The notes beneath the pieces are model-generated. The model searched no databases. It was given only the letters and a program-made list of their open reading frames with translations, and had not been told where the DNA came from. A stretch of 61,668 nucleotides of DNA, the filler included, from Dimargaris cristalligena (lineage: Eukaryota): NCBI GenBank assembly GCA_003614675.1. It is 4 parts of 4 records of this genome, joined end to end, with 100 filler letters (N's around TTAATTAATTAA, not from the genome) between each part and the next. Parts side by side here need not be neighbours in the genome. Positions count along the whole stretch, not along the records: positions 30,953 to 46,261 come from ML002896.1; positions 46,362 to 61,668 come from ML002897.1; 2 more parts are not named here. One strand, written 5' to 3'. The position numbers and the translations under genes were made by a program. How positions within the stretch are numbered: the stretch's first letter is position 1; each line of letters opens with the position of its first letter. Of the stretch, positions 36,191 to 47,915 are shown in pieces.

Positions 36191-37545
36191 TCACATCATT
36201 GAACAGTTATCCATACCCGGTAACTTGGGCATACCGTCGCTGCCCGTATCCATATCGGGGGCGATATCCTTGAGTATTTCCTTGGGGGGTTGGCCGCAGT
36301 CCTGCATATCTTTCATAAGGGCAACGATGCGACCTTGGCCCGCCTCGGACTGGGACTGGGCCTCGTAATCCGGGGCATTGTAAAAGGCCACGATTTCTTT
36401 GACGTAGGCGTATTGCTTGGCATATTGCTCGTACTCGGCGGCCGGTAGCGTCTCGCGGTGGGACTCCAGCCAGGCGGGATACCGTTCGGCGAGCTCCTTC
36501 ATGGGCTCGAAGAGGACGTCTTTGGTCATGATTTGTTCGAGAATTCCCTCCATCATCTTCTCGAAATCATCGCCGTCAACGAGGCCCTCCATCTGCTGCA
36601 TCATTTCGCTGATTAGGGAGTCGGGATTCTGGTCATCGGACATATCGGTCTAATAGTGGGTAGAATGGGTAATGTGTATAGTCAAGGTGGTGAGTAATAG
36701 CGACCGGTTTGAAGGACCCAATTCCGAAATAGGGTGGATTTTGAGGAGGGCTACCCCAGCTTGGTTATGCACAATGGTTCCACAGACAGAAAGGAGGGCA
36801 CTATCACTTCTCAATAGAGGACGTGGGAACATTCCCGTAGCTGCAGACCACAATTTTTTAAATAATCAGGGGCGCAGTGCAAGAGGTAGCAGAAGACCCA
36901 GGGCCAGGCGTAACGCAGCCAGGGATGACCCAGGTGACTGCAGAAGTGGTGTATTGTATCGATAGCGAGCCTTACCTGGGCTTGTTCGGAACTGGTGTCC
37001 AATTTATTGAGGGTCTGTACGATGCGCTCTTGGAAGGTCTGGGATTTCGACGCAGAAGCGGGTCCCTTCGTAGTGGAAGTGGAGGTGGCAGGGTTCGCAA
37101 TAGAAGCAGCAGCAGTAGGGGTGGAGTCCGTTGGGACCGACCGATCCGAGGCACTTTGACTGGCAACTGGCGAAGCCATGAGGTCATTGAGGTCGGCACC
37201 CTGTAGGGACTGGAGGAGGTTCTCCATGGTTGATTTCAAGGCAGGGGCTTCGTCAACCTGGCCCATCATTTGGCTCATTTCTTCCATCAGTTGGCGGGCG
37301 AATTCGTCCTCAAAGTCCTGACTGAAGTGGCCCACCGACTTCGACTCGGGTGGGGGCATGCGCTTGGTTGACGCCGTCGTTGCCGTTGTCGTTACCGAGG
37401 GAGGGCCGGCTGAACTCGTAGGCGGAGCGGGGGGCTGGGTCTGGGGTGGGTTGAAGTCGTCTAGAATGTCATCGAGGAACTCGTCCAGGTCGTCGTCAGC
37501 GACGGCTGCCTCGGCGGACACTTTCGGGGGTGGGGGACCGGACAT
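36191..37545 (-). CDS. PEX19: Peroxisomal membrane protein import receptor Pex19, 2 exons: complement(join(36191..36649,36976..37545))
   Basis: N-terminal DDDLDEFLDDILDDF; FQERIVQTLNKL; MTKDVLFEPMKELAERYPAWL; MQDCGQPPKEI; CaaX box CSMM; in-frame GTAAGG..TTAG intron. Confidence 0.93.
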
Positions 37546-39265
37546 GGTGTGGGTAAATTAACAGAGTGGGGGGAATAATAGAGTTCGGAATGCGGAGAAT
37601 AATGAGCACAGAAGAGAGGAGCGTGAAGTCACAAGAGTAGAGCCCACCTCCACGTTAGATACTGGGAAGAAGGGGGCAAGAGCGTGTGTAGTAGGGAAAA
37701 AATGTACAGTGGATAATGGACGCTGAAGCTCGAGAGAATAAGAATAACCAAGGGTATGGGGAAGATGGTGATGCTGGGGAGAGCAGAGTGTACAACAATA
37801 CAACCTGAATTTCAGTATGGGGAGGAGTCACACTGCCCGTCTCAGTCATACTACTTACTCCTCCATGGTAAAATGCGCACTTCTCCATATTCCTTTATTG
37901 CCAACTGGCCGATATAGTAAAATAATGGCGGGCTCACCAGACAAATTAATAAATCCAAAAAAAAGGGTGCGGCCCTTCCTTGGCTTTGCCATGTGAAAAG
38001 AAGTAGTTCCCCAGCTCTCTTGCGCAAGGATATTAAATCCCTTTCCTTTATTATACACACCCTGATTATTCTTATAAGATTCCAGCATGGTATAGCATTG
38101 GCTGAGTGAAATAAGCACGTGACTTCCCTACCCCCCCCTCCATTCCTGTTGGTTCACGACGGCCGATTGACTACTATCTACTACCAAAACCCTTGATTTT
38201 AACATAGGAGAGATAATATAATTACTGGACTATATTATCCGGAGGCCAGTTCGTTTATCAAAAAATATTATCCCGAAAATCATGGAACAATCCGTCTTTT
38301 ATTACCACCATGTTGAGTTTGGGAGTGCCCACAACTTACGAGTCACCGAAGTATGTCAATCATTTATATATCCATAACCCACACTTTCAAACACACAGTC
38401 TGCGAACGATGGGCACCAAAATACCCTTCGGATAGCAGTTAGTGGGAACCTAGTATGGTACACCATCATAATTGTCTTACCTCTCTCTCTCAGTAGCTGC
38501 GCGGCTATATCTAGCCCAGATTCTCCGAATCGTCGTGACACTATACGCCCAGGTTCCATACATCAATTGGCCTGGACCTACCCAAAGGTGATGTGATTCG
38601 GCCAGTTCCCATCTACTCGAAAACTTTCTCGTCTACTGGCTCGCGATCTAAATTCGCACACCGAAGCAACTTCGCCTGTTAGTCACATCGATAAACACCG
38701 CCGATACTGCTAGCGAGAATTCCGCGCCAACGACGGACCCACAATCGTAATGCTAAAGCACCGCTTCATTCGCGAACGAGCCGGTAATAACGTACATGAC
38801 CGCTGATTTCATTGTAATGCCCGGCTTTATCTGATATTGAAAACTGGAAGAGGGGGCTGTAAAACGACGCTAGACGGACAAAGAAAGGAAGTCACACATG
38901 CAAGTTTCCGCGTAGTACGTTGTATGCGCTACAATATACCTTTTGCCGACGCCAAAAAGAGACCCTAACGACCCCTCCCGTGAAAAACCCTCGAAATTGC
39001 CGACGCGTTAAACAAACTTAACAAATAACGGGCTAACTTCCGTCGCATTAGGAACCTAGCGGAGGTGCGCTAATAAGCGTCTATTTAATCGAACCCTGAA
39101 CAAATAGGCGCATCGAAAAACATAACAACAATCCGGGCATTGGGCTAAGTGGCCATATCAATAAGACCGTAAAACAAAAACTCATAAATTTACTAATATA
39201 CGAGACTGGACGAAAGCAGGGGGAGGGGATATCAACGAGGGATATCCCGGTTTCCGCACCTCCGG

Positions 39266-40495
39266 TTAATTTTCGGGTTTGCGGGACTCTTGACGACGTG
39301 GAGAACGAGAGCGAGTCCGGGAACGGCGACGCTCGTTGCGGGGTGGCGAGCGAGTGGAGGGAGAGCGACGACGGGGGGAAGGGGAACGACGACGAGGGGA
39401 GGGAGAGCGGCGACGGGGTTCCCGTTCTTTACGGACATGATCACGGCTGACAGAGCGCTCGCGGCGGCGACGACGATCGGGGCTACGGCTACGGGAACGG
39501 CGGCGAGGCTCGCGGTCACGTCCCCGATCACGACGCGGGCTACGGCTGCGGCCCCGACGGCTGGAGTAGTCGGAACGACCGTCGTAGTAGTCTGAGCGTC
39601 TGCCATCCCGGGAACCACCGCTGCCGCAGTCACGGGCAAAATGGCCCGGCCGGTTGCAACGGAAGCAGGTAGATTCGGTACGGGCTCCGCCGGGGCGTCC
39701 ACGACGAGCGAACTCGACCTTCAGGCGGCGACCCTGCACTTCCTGGCCGTCGGTTTGGCTTTGGGCTTCCTCGGCATCACTGCGCTCTTTGTATTCAACG
39801 AAGGCGAAGTCTGTATGGCAGGGGTAATGGGAAGTTAAATGGGGTGTGATTAGGGTTTTAGGGTTAGCTGCCGTATTTAAAAAGACATTTAAGTCAGATA
39901 GTGCAGCATTGCTACGCCCACACTCAGACCCAAATACCGTATACCCTGATAATCCGCTGGGCGGGCGGTCCTAAAAATTAATGAGGTAATACTTACCTCT
40001 CTGTGGGAAGAAGGTTAGGGCCGAAATATATGATTTGGGGGTCAAGGTGGTGGTGGTCAGAGAGGGCGATAACATATTAGTGATGGCACAGGCCGATAAG
40101 GCCAATTGTATGCGGGGCTGTGTGACCAGAGGGTAGTGTGGTGTTTGACCCCCCAATGCCAGACCGGAAGAAGAAACGAAAAAGAGGGCTATTGGTCCTG
40201 TACAGCCGACCTTATGTTCTACGCCAGTTCTTATAGCCAGAACAACGCGTTGGCCCGCAAGCCGGAAATAAAGATACTGGCGACGTGGGCGTGGGGGGTT
40301 AGCTATTACGCGCTCGACAAGGTAAGCTTTTCCGCACGAGAATTTCTAAGTAGGGCTTGAGGATCCACGAATACGGCACGTCGGCCTTACCTTGATGTCG
40401 TAACGAACGATTTCACCGAAGGGCTTGAAGATGCCTTCCAGCTCGGTATCGGAAAGAGCTTCCAGCAGATTACCAATGAATAGAGTGGCGGACAT
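39266..40495 (-). CDS. SR splicing factor (RRM + CCHC zinc knuckle + RS domain; SRSF7/RSZ-like architecture), 3 exons: complement(join(39266..39810,39997..40000,40391..40495)), 217 aa
   Basis: RNP2 LFIGNL; RNP1 rebuilt as YDIK/R-D/FAFVEY through a 4-nt exon; knuckle CFRCNRPGHFARDC; RS/RRSPSP tail. Confidence 0.9.
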
Positions 40496-41074
40496 GTTGG
40501 CAGTTAAAAGAGGTAGTAAAGTGGAAAACAGGTAAGAGAAACAATGCAAATCCAAAGCACTGGAAAGTTGAATAAAACAATGTCAAGGTCCATGGGTCTT
40601 GACGCCTAGTAAACGCCCGCTTAATAGGATTTTAGCCGGCCTAACCACTCCCCTCAGTGAAAAAAAAAAATGGATTTTTTTTATAGGAAAGCGATGCCCA
40701 ACAGCTAAGCCATTTGTGGTCGGAGAAAGGCCCAGGGGGGATAATGGATGCGACGACCAATCAAACAACCCAGTCACCCGGCTACTGGTCTGCTGTGTTC
40801 AGGGAATAAGCCGGCGCGGCTCTTCCCGTTATCTTTTGCGCAGACTGGAAGTAATGGACTTCATGGTGTTGTCTGTAGTGCTTATTATACCTCCAGTAGG
40901 AGAGGAATTCGCAACAACCCTTCCTATACACTTTAGCCAAGTCGCCCTGCTACAGCGTTTCCATTACTAGGGCCACCGCCATTTAATGGAATTTTATTTA
41001 TTTATCTCCCAACCGTCGTCTGGCCGGTGTTCTCCACCCACACATCGCTCGAAATACAGTCTTAACCGGCAAGT

Positions 41075-41899
41075 ATGCTTCGCCAGCACCCAGCCGCACC
41101 AGGGACCATACGACCCACCTTACACCTGGCTTCCCATGGCAGGCCCCTTTTCCCTCGCACAACTCCTTATAGCGCATTCAAGCTTGGGCACGGTCAGCGG
41201 ACCTCTGCGCAGCTACACCAGCGGACTTCCCCCCGGTCGCCCTACGAGGTGTTCGACTTACCCCTAACCGCCACCCCAGCCGAAATCAAAGAACGCTACC
41301 GGGAGCTCTGTTTACAATGGCATCCGGATAGGGTAGCCGCCCGGCCTCCGCAAAAATTGGGAACCACCGCCTCTCCCACTCCTTCTCCAGCAACCCAATC
41401 GTCTGCCAGGTCCTCCGACACCGTGCTAGCCCAGGAGCGCTTCGTGGAAATCAACGACGCCTACCAAACCCTTTGCAACCCGGCCCTACGCCTGAAATAC
41501 CAGCGCGTTTCGCAGCACCGCAAGTCGGCAGCCTCCTTCTACCGCGGCGACGATTTCATCTACAACGACCCCCGGTGGCAACACATGTACGCCACCACTG
41601 GCCCCGCAGCGGCCGGCGGGAAACCGGGGGAGGCGGAGGAAGGCCCCACGTCCGCCCAGCGGGCCTTGAACGCCGTCATTGCCATGTGCTGTCTCTTTGG
41701 CATCGGCCATTTCCTCCACGTCATGTCCATTTCGACCAATGTCAGCGAACAGTTCCACCACGACGCGTGGCTCTCGTACCGGGATGCTAAAGCAAACGCC
41801 CAGACCGCCGGGTCCCACGAGAAATCCATCGAGAGCTTTTTGGCCCGCAAGGCCGCCGCGGACGAGCAACGGGAATTGCTGGCCAAGCGAGGCTATTGA
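41075..41899 (+). CDS. J-domain (DnaJ/Hsp40-type) protein, probably mitochondrial, with one C-terminal transmembrane segment
   Basis: SPYEVFDL, EIKERYRELCLQWHPD and ERFVEINDAYQTL; Arg-rich, acid-free N-terminus; hydrophobic ALNAVIAMCCLFGIGHFLHVM. Confidence 0.88.
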   Translation: MLRQHPAAPGTIRPTLHLASHGRPLFPRTTPYSAFKLGHGQRTSAQLHQRTSPRSPYEVFDLPLTATPAEIKERYRELCLQWHPDRVAARPPQKLGTTASPTPSPATQSSARSSDTVLAQERFVEINDAYQTLCNPALRLKYQRVSQHRKSAASFYRGDDFIYNDPRWQHMYATTGPAAAGGKPGEAEEGPTSAQRALNAVIAMCCLFGIGHFLHVMSISTNVSEQFHHDAWLSYRDAKANAQTAGSHEKSIESFLARKAAADEQRELLAKRGY

Positions 41900-42352
41900 G
41901 ACGGAAGATGGTTCACCTAAGCGACAAGGGGTCTCGGCCACTGCCATCGTCAAAGCAAACCCCTCCTACTTCAACCATGACCACCGTCGCTGACTACGTA
42001 CCACAACACCTTTTAGACATTGATCCCACCACCGGGTTAGTTAGATCTATGGGCTCCTATTTAATATATAATGTACTTTATTACTGCGAATAACATTGTC
42101 CTATTAAAGGGAACTCACCCCCCTTTTCTAAAACCATACTAATCAATACTGTGAAACGGAAAAAGCCACACCCCTTCCATTCCCGCGAGAGCGGCCAAAA
42201 TACCAAAAAAATAGTAATAGGGGCGTGGGTGTGTGGGGATGGGGGGATGGGGGGCGCGTATAATCCACTACTCTATGCCATGCAAGATTTTTTCTATATA
42301 AAAAAAGAAACAGCTAAAAAAACACTGATTGACCCCGTCTACCTAATACCCA

Positions 42353-43360
42353 CTAACGAACGGTATTTATCCACATGCAAGAAAACTGCGGGTTTTCAGT
42401 GGATAGAGTTTTGCATCGCTGAGATACTGTGTCACGAACGACGGACAATTCGGCAAATAATGGCACCATCAAAAGCTCAACTTGTCCGGATGCCCTCTTC
42501 AGAGCGGCGATGAGTTCCTTACACTGGTGGCCCTGGTCATCCGTGAAAACCTGGGCGGTCATTCCCCCGGTCGACTGCGACTGGTCGAGCAACACCAGCA
42601 TGTAGCGCTGAAGGGGGGTGTTGGTCATTTTTTTCAGAAGTTGCAAAAGCGGAAGCACGTTAGCCAAACCATTCGTCGGAAATCTCTCGGGACCCATGGA
42701 CCGGGCGTACGCGGCAAAGATATCCAGATCAACGAATGATGCATCGACACATTGGTGCTGGGAACCGAAGATGAAGGGTAATTTCGAAATCATGTCACCC
42801 AGTTTGTAAATTTCCCCGACTAGTACATCCTGCTTGTCGTTCACCGCCTCGACTGGATTATCCAGTTTGCTGTTCACCACCTTGATGAGATCAATCGACG
42901 CTTGGCGTAGCTCCTCCGCGATCTCGATAAAGGCGTCGTTCTGAGGGGTCGAACCCATAATGGAATAATAGGAAGTGGAACTCCGGTGCTCAGGCGACTC
43001 GGATAGTTCAACGGTGGTCTGCCGATGGTCGGGAATCTCATGGCCGTTGCGGTCCCACTGGTGGCTCCGATCCGCCGAATTATCGACGTGGAGGTTCGGG
43101 AACATCCCGGAACTGCCTTCTAAATCAGGGAAAAGGGCAGGCGATGCATCCCCGGCCAAGGGATCGTCTAAATAGTGGTACAGATCCGTATCATCAAAGT
43201 CACTCGACGCAAAGTTCGAACGATCAAATTCGGGGGACCTGGGTGTGGCCGGGGCGGCCCAGCCGCTGGGTTGGTGATGTAGAAACGATGCCGCGCTGGT
43301 CGATGCGAATACAAAGATACTCAATACCACTGTGAATGAGGTCATGATTGATGCTGGCAT
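42353..43360 (-). CDS. Secreted protein of unknown function (~330 aa)
   Basis: Signal peptide MTSFTVVLSIFVFASTSAA, acidic low-complexity linker and helical-looking C-terminal domain; intronless; TATA-like tracts upstream. Confidence 0.75.
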   Translation of the reverse strand: MPASIMTSFTVVLSIFVFASTSAASFLHHQPSGWAAPATPRSPEFDRSNFASSDFDDTDLYHYLDDPLAGDASPALFPDLEGSSGMFPNLHVDNSADRSHQWDRNGHEIPDHRQTTVELSESPEHRSSTSYYSIMGSTPQNDAFIEIAEELRQASIDLIKVVNSKLDNPVEAVNDKQDVLVGEIYKLGDMISKLPFIFGSQHQCVDASFVDLDIFAAYARSMGPERFPTNGLANVLPLLQLLKKMTNTPLQRYMLVLLDQSQSTGGMTAQVFTDDQGHQCKELIAALKRASGQVELLMVPLFAELSVVRDTVSQRCKTLSTENPQFSCMWINTVR

Positions 43361-46011
43361 ACTTAATAAAGTGGCGTTCGATAAATCAATCCGTCTTCAG
43401 GATATATATATATAGATAAAAAACAACGGGGATAGTCAATACGCCCAGCAAGATGCAATAATCTTCGAAAATACGATAAAAGTGGAAATACAAAACGAAT
43501 AATCCTAAAAGCCAGACGGGTAAGGGCGATTATATATAAATATAGATTCAACGATGGCCAACTTTATCGAGTCATTTTTTTTATAACCGGAACTTGAAAC
43601 GCGCGGCATTCTGGTTAAAAAATAGGGCCAGCGGGTCCAGGGATGTTTTATTGGACGCTTCCGATTGGGAGGTACTTGAGCGACCACAGACGCCCGCACC
43701 TTAAAGGCTAAATGGTGGACTATTTTTGTGCCGCCAAAGCACCGCCGTGTCAATGCCACGAACCCGCCAGTGTACCACCCCAATGGTGCGGCATAGGGAT
43801 TGTGTAGAGAGTTGAGAGCCCGTTTGCCCAACGGAAAATTATCGAATCCTTTTGATTGGTCATCAGTGCCACCATCGGCTGCGAAAAAATAGCCCAGAGC
43901 TCCTTTCCGTAGTTACTATAGACAGTACTAATCGATGCGAGGGTCTAAAAACGAACCCCCCCCTCCCCACAAAAACAAAACAAATGCAAGACCATAGGGA
44001 CGATAGGTGTAACCTTCCTACGTACCCTGTTGACTCGACAACCATTGTATAATGGACCTAATTGGTGTAGTGGCCGGCTAGAGGGGGAAAGGGGGAAGAG
44101 CACTGTGGTGCGAATAGCCACCACAACAGAGTCATATATTTTCCTTATATCAGTATAGCGTAACCCCCCAAAAATATTTTTTTGCCACATACATCTGGGC
44201 GTGGAACTTACCCCAACCCTTTTCTTAGGCCTATGGATATCCGATCCTCATTTATCCTTCCAAATATGGGAACTAAAATCAGCCAAATACCATATGTAGT
44301 GTTGCAGTGCTTCCCCGTAGACGTAACTTAGGCAAAACTGTGATATTACCCTATGGTGGTAGTGAATGGTACCTACGTGTACCCTGTCCAGATTAACAGC
44401 TGGAAGAAGATAAACCATTGAATCCATACGCCAAGTGGCTAACGAATGGACGGGGATAAACCGCATCGATGGATATGGAGTTCGGAATATATTCTTAAAT
44501 ATATGTTTACTTTATTCGCCGGCATTTCAAGAACAGTGGTCATTAAATGAGACGGACTTCCCTTGCCACTCGGAAATTTACCAGCGAACAACTATTTATT
44601 TACGATATTTGATATTGTGACATTGTTGCACTGATTACTCAATTAAAGAAAATACTTATGGCATACTACCTCTCTATAATTTGAGATATATAGAAAAAGT
44701 GGCAATAATAAGCTAAAGTAGTTACAATGGAAGTGGTAATCTATTATCTAATCGAAAAGTGCGGCTTGTGAATAGTATTCAACAGTTATATTTACATATA
44801 AACGAGTCTAACCCTGAAAATAAAGTAGTGGAAAAGTGGGGAAGTTCATTACCTGCTCTTTTATGCAATTCCCAACTGCGGCCATATACAATGATATTAG
44901 CAGCGTCTGAATGAGTAAAGTACAATCGGGATGCAAAACTGACAGTCCATTTGATGAGCACGATACAACAAGCCAAATAAAAATGCCCCACCTAGTGTTC
45001 CAAATACGTATAATATGAAATTGTGTAAAGTCATGTATGATTTCACTCAATACCTTGTATTTATAACCACAATTTACCCCTCTACATCCAAAGTCTTCGG
45101 TGTGATTCTAACTAAGTGAAAAATAAAATATCTAATGTTAATATGTGATTTTAAGTTGATTAATAGCAATGTATACAACTATATAATAAAACGTAAGACA
45201 TGTACTATAAATAATGTGCATAAACACAGAAATATGGCGAGAGATACCAACGCCATAGCATTGTCATACAATGGGCCACATAATACTCTTCTCAATAGCC
45301 GAGGACGCCTTTAATAGGTGGTTTAGTAGTGACCAATATTCCCTACCGACCAGTTTTAATTGCAATTCAAACATTAAAACTATCCTAATCTAGACTGAAT
45401 GTACAATATAAAAAGGCCAATATCCCTCGGGAATATTTGTAAATTATCCAAAGATAATAATTTAAACTGACATAAGAATGTACTAACCAGCTAAAATCAC
45501 TTGCTGATTAGTAAGGAGAAGTCCCAGGAATGTTTATTCCCTGGGAAAGTTTTCGCCATAAGGTGGCCAGTGAATAATAGGTGCCCCTGGCCACCAGGTG
45601 TCATAGTCCTGATATAATTCCATATCGGGATGGGTAATGCCATCTGGACAGGGATGGCTAGGTTGGTTTAGGCTCTGCAATATTGCAGAGGCACTGCCAC
45701 TTGGTTTATTATGGTAGGCAAGGTGTGGGTCTTGAATGGTGGTTAAATGGCGCAGGATAGTCATGGATGAGCTTAAGTAAATAATTGTTGATATTTATCA
45801 CTTACAAGATAGACTATCAAGTGTTGGAAGTATGTTGGTTCTGAACTTTGGAGGGGTGGTGTCCATGCCTTTATATACTCATAATCCCAGGCTTAATTTT
45901 TCTGTAAGAGATAGGATAGTAGTGACCTATATCAGAAAGGTAATAACTATTTCTGAATTATCCATGCCCCTTATTGACCCTTCTAATCCATCTTAATCTA
46001 GGTGTAGTGAT

Positions 46012-46180
46012 TGTCTGTCCCAACTGGGCCATATAGTGCCATATGTAACTTCCCATAGTCTCCCCCTGGTACTATGGGATCCTTCTATATAATATAACCC
46101 TTCTTTTTCCAGACTCCATTCCTCACACCAATCACTCAATTAGGTGATCCAAAGTCTCTTCCAGTTATGAGTAGAGTCTT
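46012..46180 (+). mobile_element. LTR family A, 5' part, interrupted by family B
   Basis: Starts TGTCTG; homologous to the reverse complement of ~57950-58104. Confidence 0.65.
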
Positions 46181-46261
46181 TGTAAAGAACTGAAATCAAA
46201 TCCTTAAAAACTGAACTTTATTTGAAAAGATAGATAATAAAAGGGAAAGGTGATGATAGAC
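46181..46261 (-). mobile_element. LTR family B end, running into the contig edge
   Basis: tgtaaagaactgaaatcaaatcctt.aaaactgaactttatttgaaaagatag is shared with 61616-61668 (one mismatch). The minus strand ends ...AATAAA...TTTACA. Confidence 0.65.
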
Positions 46262-46361
46262 NNNNNNNNNNNNNNNNNNNNNNNNNNNNNNNNNNNNNNN
46301 NNNNNTTAATTAATTAANNNNNNNNNNNNNNNNNNNNNNNNNNNNNNNNNNNNNNNNNNNN
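46262..46361. other. Artificial contig spacer
   Basis: N44-TTAATTAATTAA-N44. Confidence 0.97.
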
Positions 46362-46374
46362 TGGGACTGGTTCA

Positions 46375-46620
46375 GCTCCTTAGCTTATTCCTCACCCCCA
46401 TAGTTTACCTCAATAAACTCCCTATATGCTCACCCATTGTATTAGCCAGTAAGTGTGCCCACTGCACAACCCTTACATTAGCTTGTACCCATCCTTATTT
46501 AGTTAATACTGACCCCTCCCTAATGCTAGCAGCCTGCTTGGCCAAGTCTAAGCCCTGCCTACCATTAGAAGCCTATCCCTGGGACTCTTGATGGACTAAG
46601 AGTGGTAAACCCGGGCAACA
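46375..46620 (+). mobile_element. LTR family A, 3' part
   Basis: Ends ...ggactaagagtggtaaacccgggCAACA; homologous to the reverse complement of 57635-57880 and 61511-61615. Confidence 0.7.
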
Positions 46621-47915
46621 CATTCACTATGAGAGTTCAAAGGGGCTAAACAAGTTGTTCATATATTCTAACAACACATATTAAGGTGTCTAAATCTACC
46701 AGATTCTCTTGAAGGTAAACAGTGTTGGAAATATTAAAGGTGTGTTAATTCACCTGTGTGGAAGGGAAAAGGACAATTGAAGGATGATAGGTGCCTCTAG
46801 GTGGATAGTTTTATTAAATAGTATAGTCAATTAGGTGCATCTTAAGCAGTATAAACTAGAAGGTATAGTGAAGCAATATATTAACATAATTGGATAGATA
46901 TATTAAATAATTATAGACCCATTGGGACAGATTGTTCAATATATGAATGTTTAATTTATGTAACATCCTCCAAGTGATGTGACTACACTGGGGAGCCATC
47001 AAGTATAAAATCAAGCCTGGGTTTAATTAGGTGGGGATTTTGCATGCAGTACAGTTAATAGGCTGGGTTTCAAGCCAGAATATGGGGCTAGGGTTGTGTC
47101 AGTCATTTTAAGGCCATGTCACTTGAATAACCCAGTCCTCCCCTACGGATTTTATCTGATACAGTTAGTTGGGATTAAGCATCTCCCACAAGAACTACTG
47201 GAAACCCAATAGATTATTTTACATACGATGAATTGACTATGTCTTGGTCTGACCTCTTGATTAGCTTGCATTTATCAAAGCTATCCTCACCACAATGAAA
47301 AGAAAAACTGGGCCATACTAAAGCACTACAGACCGACGAGGTGAACATTGCCTCCTTGGCATATTGCTTGGATTTTGAACCGGCGAACCAGCTATTATGA
47401 GGTACTTTGTCGGGTTATCCATGGTTACCTTTACACTCGCGCTTTAAACAAGGGGGGTGGTTAATAGCCAGTATCTCGAGGTTTGTTGAATGGGGGAATA
47501 TTGTGTGGAGCAAGGGCCAAGACCTGCCCCCCACAGTAATTCAATTTGAAGCCCAACAACTACTACTACTTTGCCAGGTTGACTCAGGCGACGCTGCTTT
47601 GGCTTTGCTGACCATTGGGAGTCCAATTCGGTTTTAAATTGCTCATTTTCCCAGGTTCTCTTCTCTCTTTTTTTCGGTTTGCATCTTCCAGCCTATTGAA
47701 ATGTGCTATATACGCAGTTGGTTTGCTCAATAGAATTCACTATAGTCCACCTCATTGCCCGTTTTTCTTATTCCCTCCCAAATCCCGCTCTTTGGTTATT
47801 CGCCATCTCCCTGCACGACCCCATCAACCTAACAACAGCTTTGTTATTCCCATTTCCAGCACCCTCCTGACTCTTTCATTGGCACTCTCTCCCCGTACCT
47901 CTGCCGCCTCCCCCA

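Noticed and set aside
39849..39868. Telomere-like TTAGGGTTTTAGGGTTAG (minus strand CTAACCCTAA, resembling a telomerase template)
   Set aside because: It coincides with the GCTAAC branch point of SR-gene intron 2, is too short, and shows no other telomerase RNA features.
42630..42700. Resemblance of GLANVLPLLQL to QLMDLFPLVKI in the F-box protein
   Set aside because: Too short to claim homology without a profile comparison.
45534..45764. 76-aa ORF with an upstream TATA-like tract
   Set aside because: It lies in CpG-depleted repeat-adjacent DNA with no motif or signal peptide, so it cannot be supported.
46012..46620. 5' and 3' halves of LTR A on either side of the spacer as a single element
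   Set aside because: The contigs are ordered by size, so the adjacency is probably coincidental; contigs commonly break in repeats.
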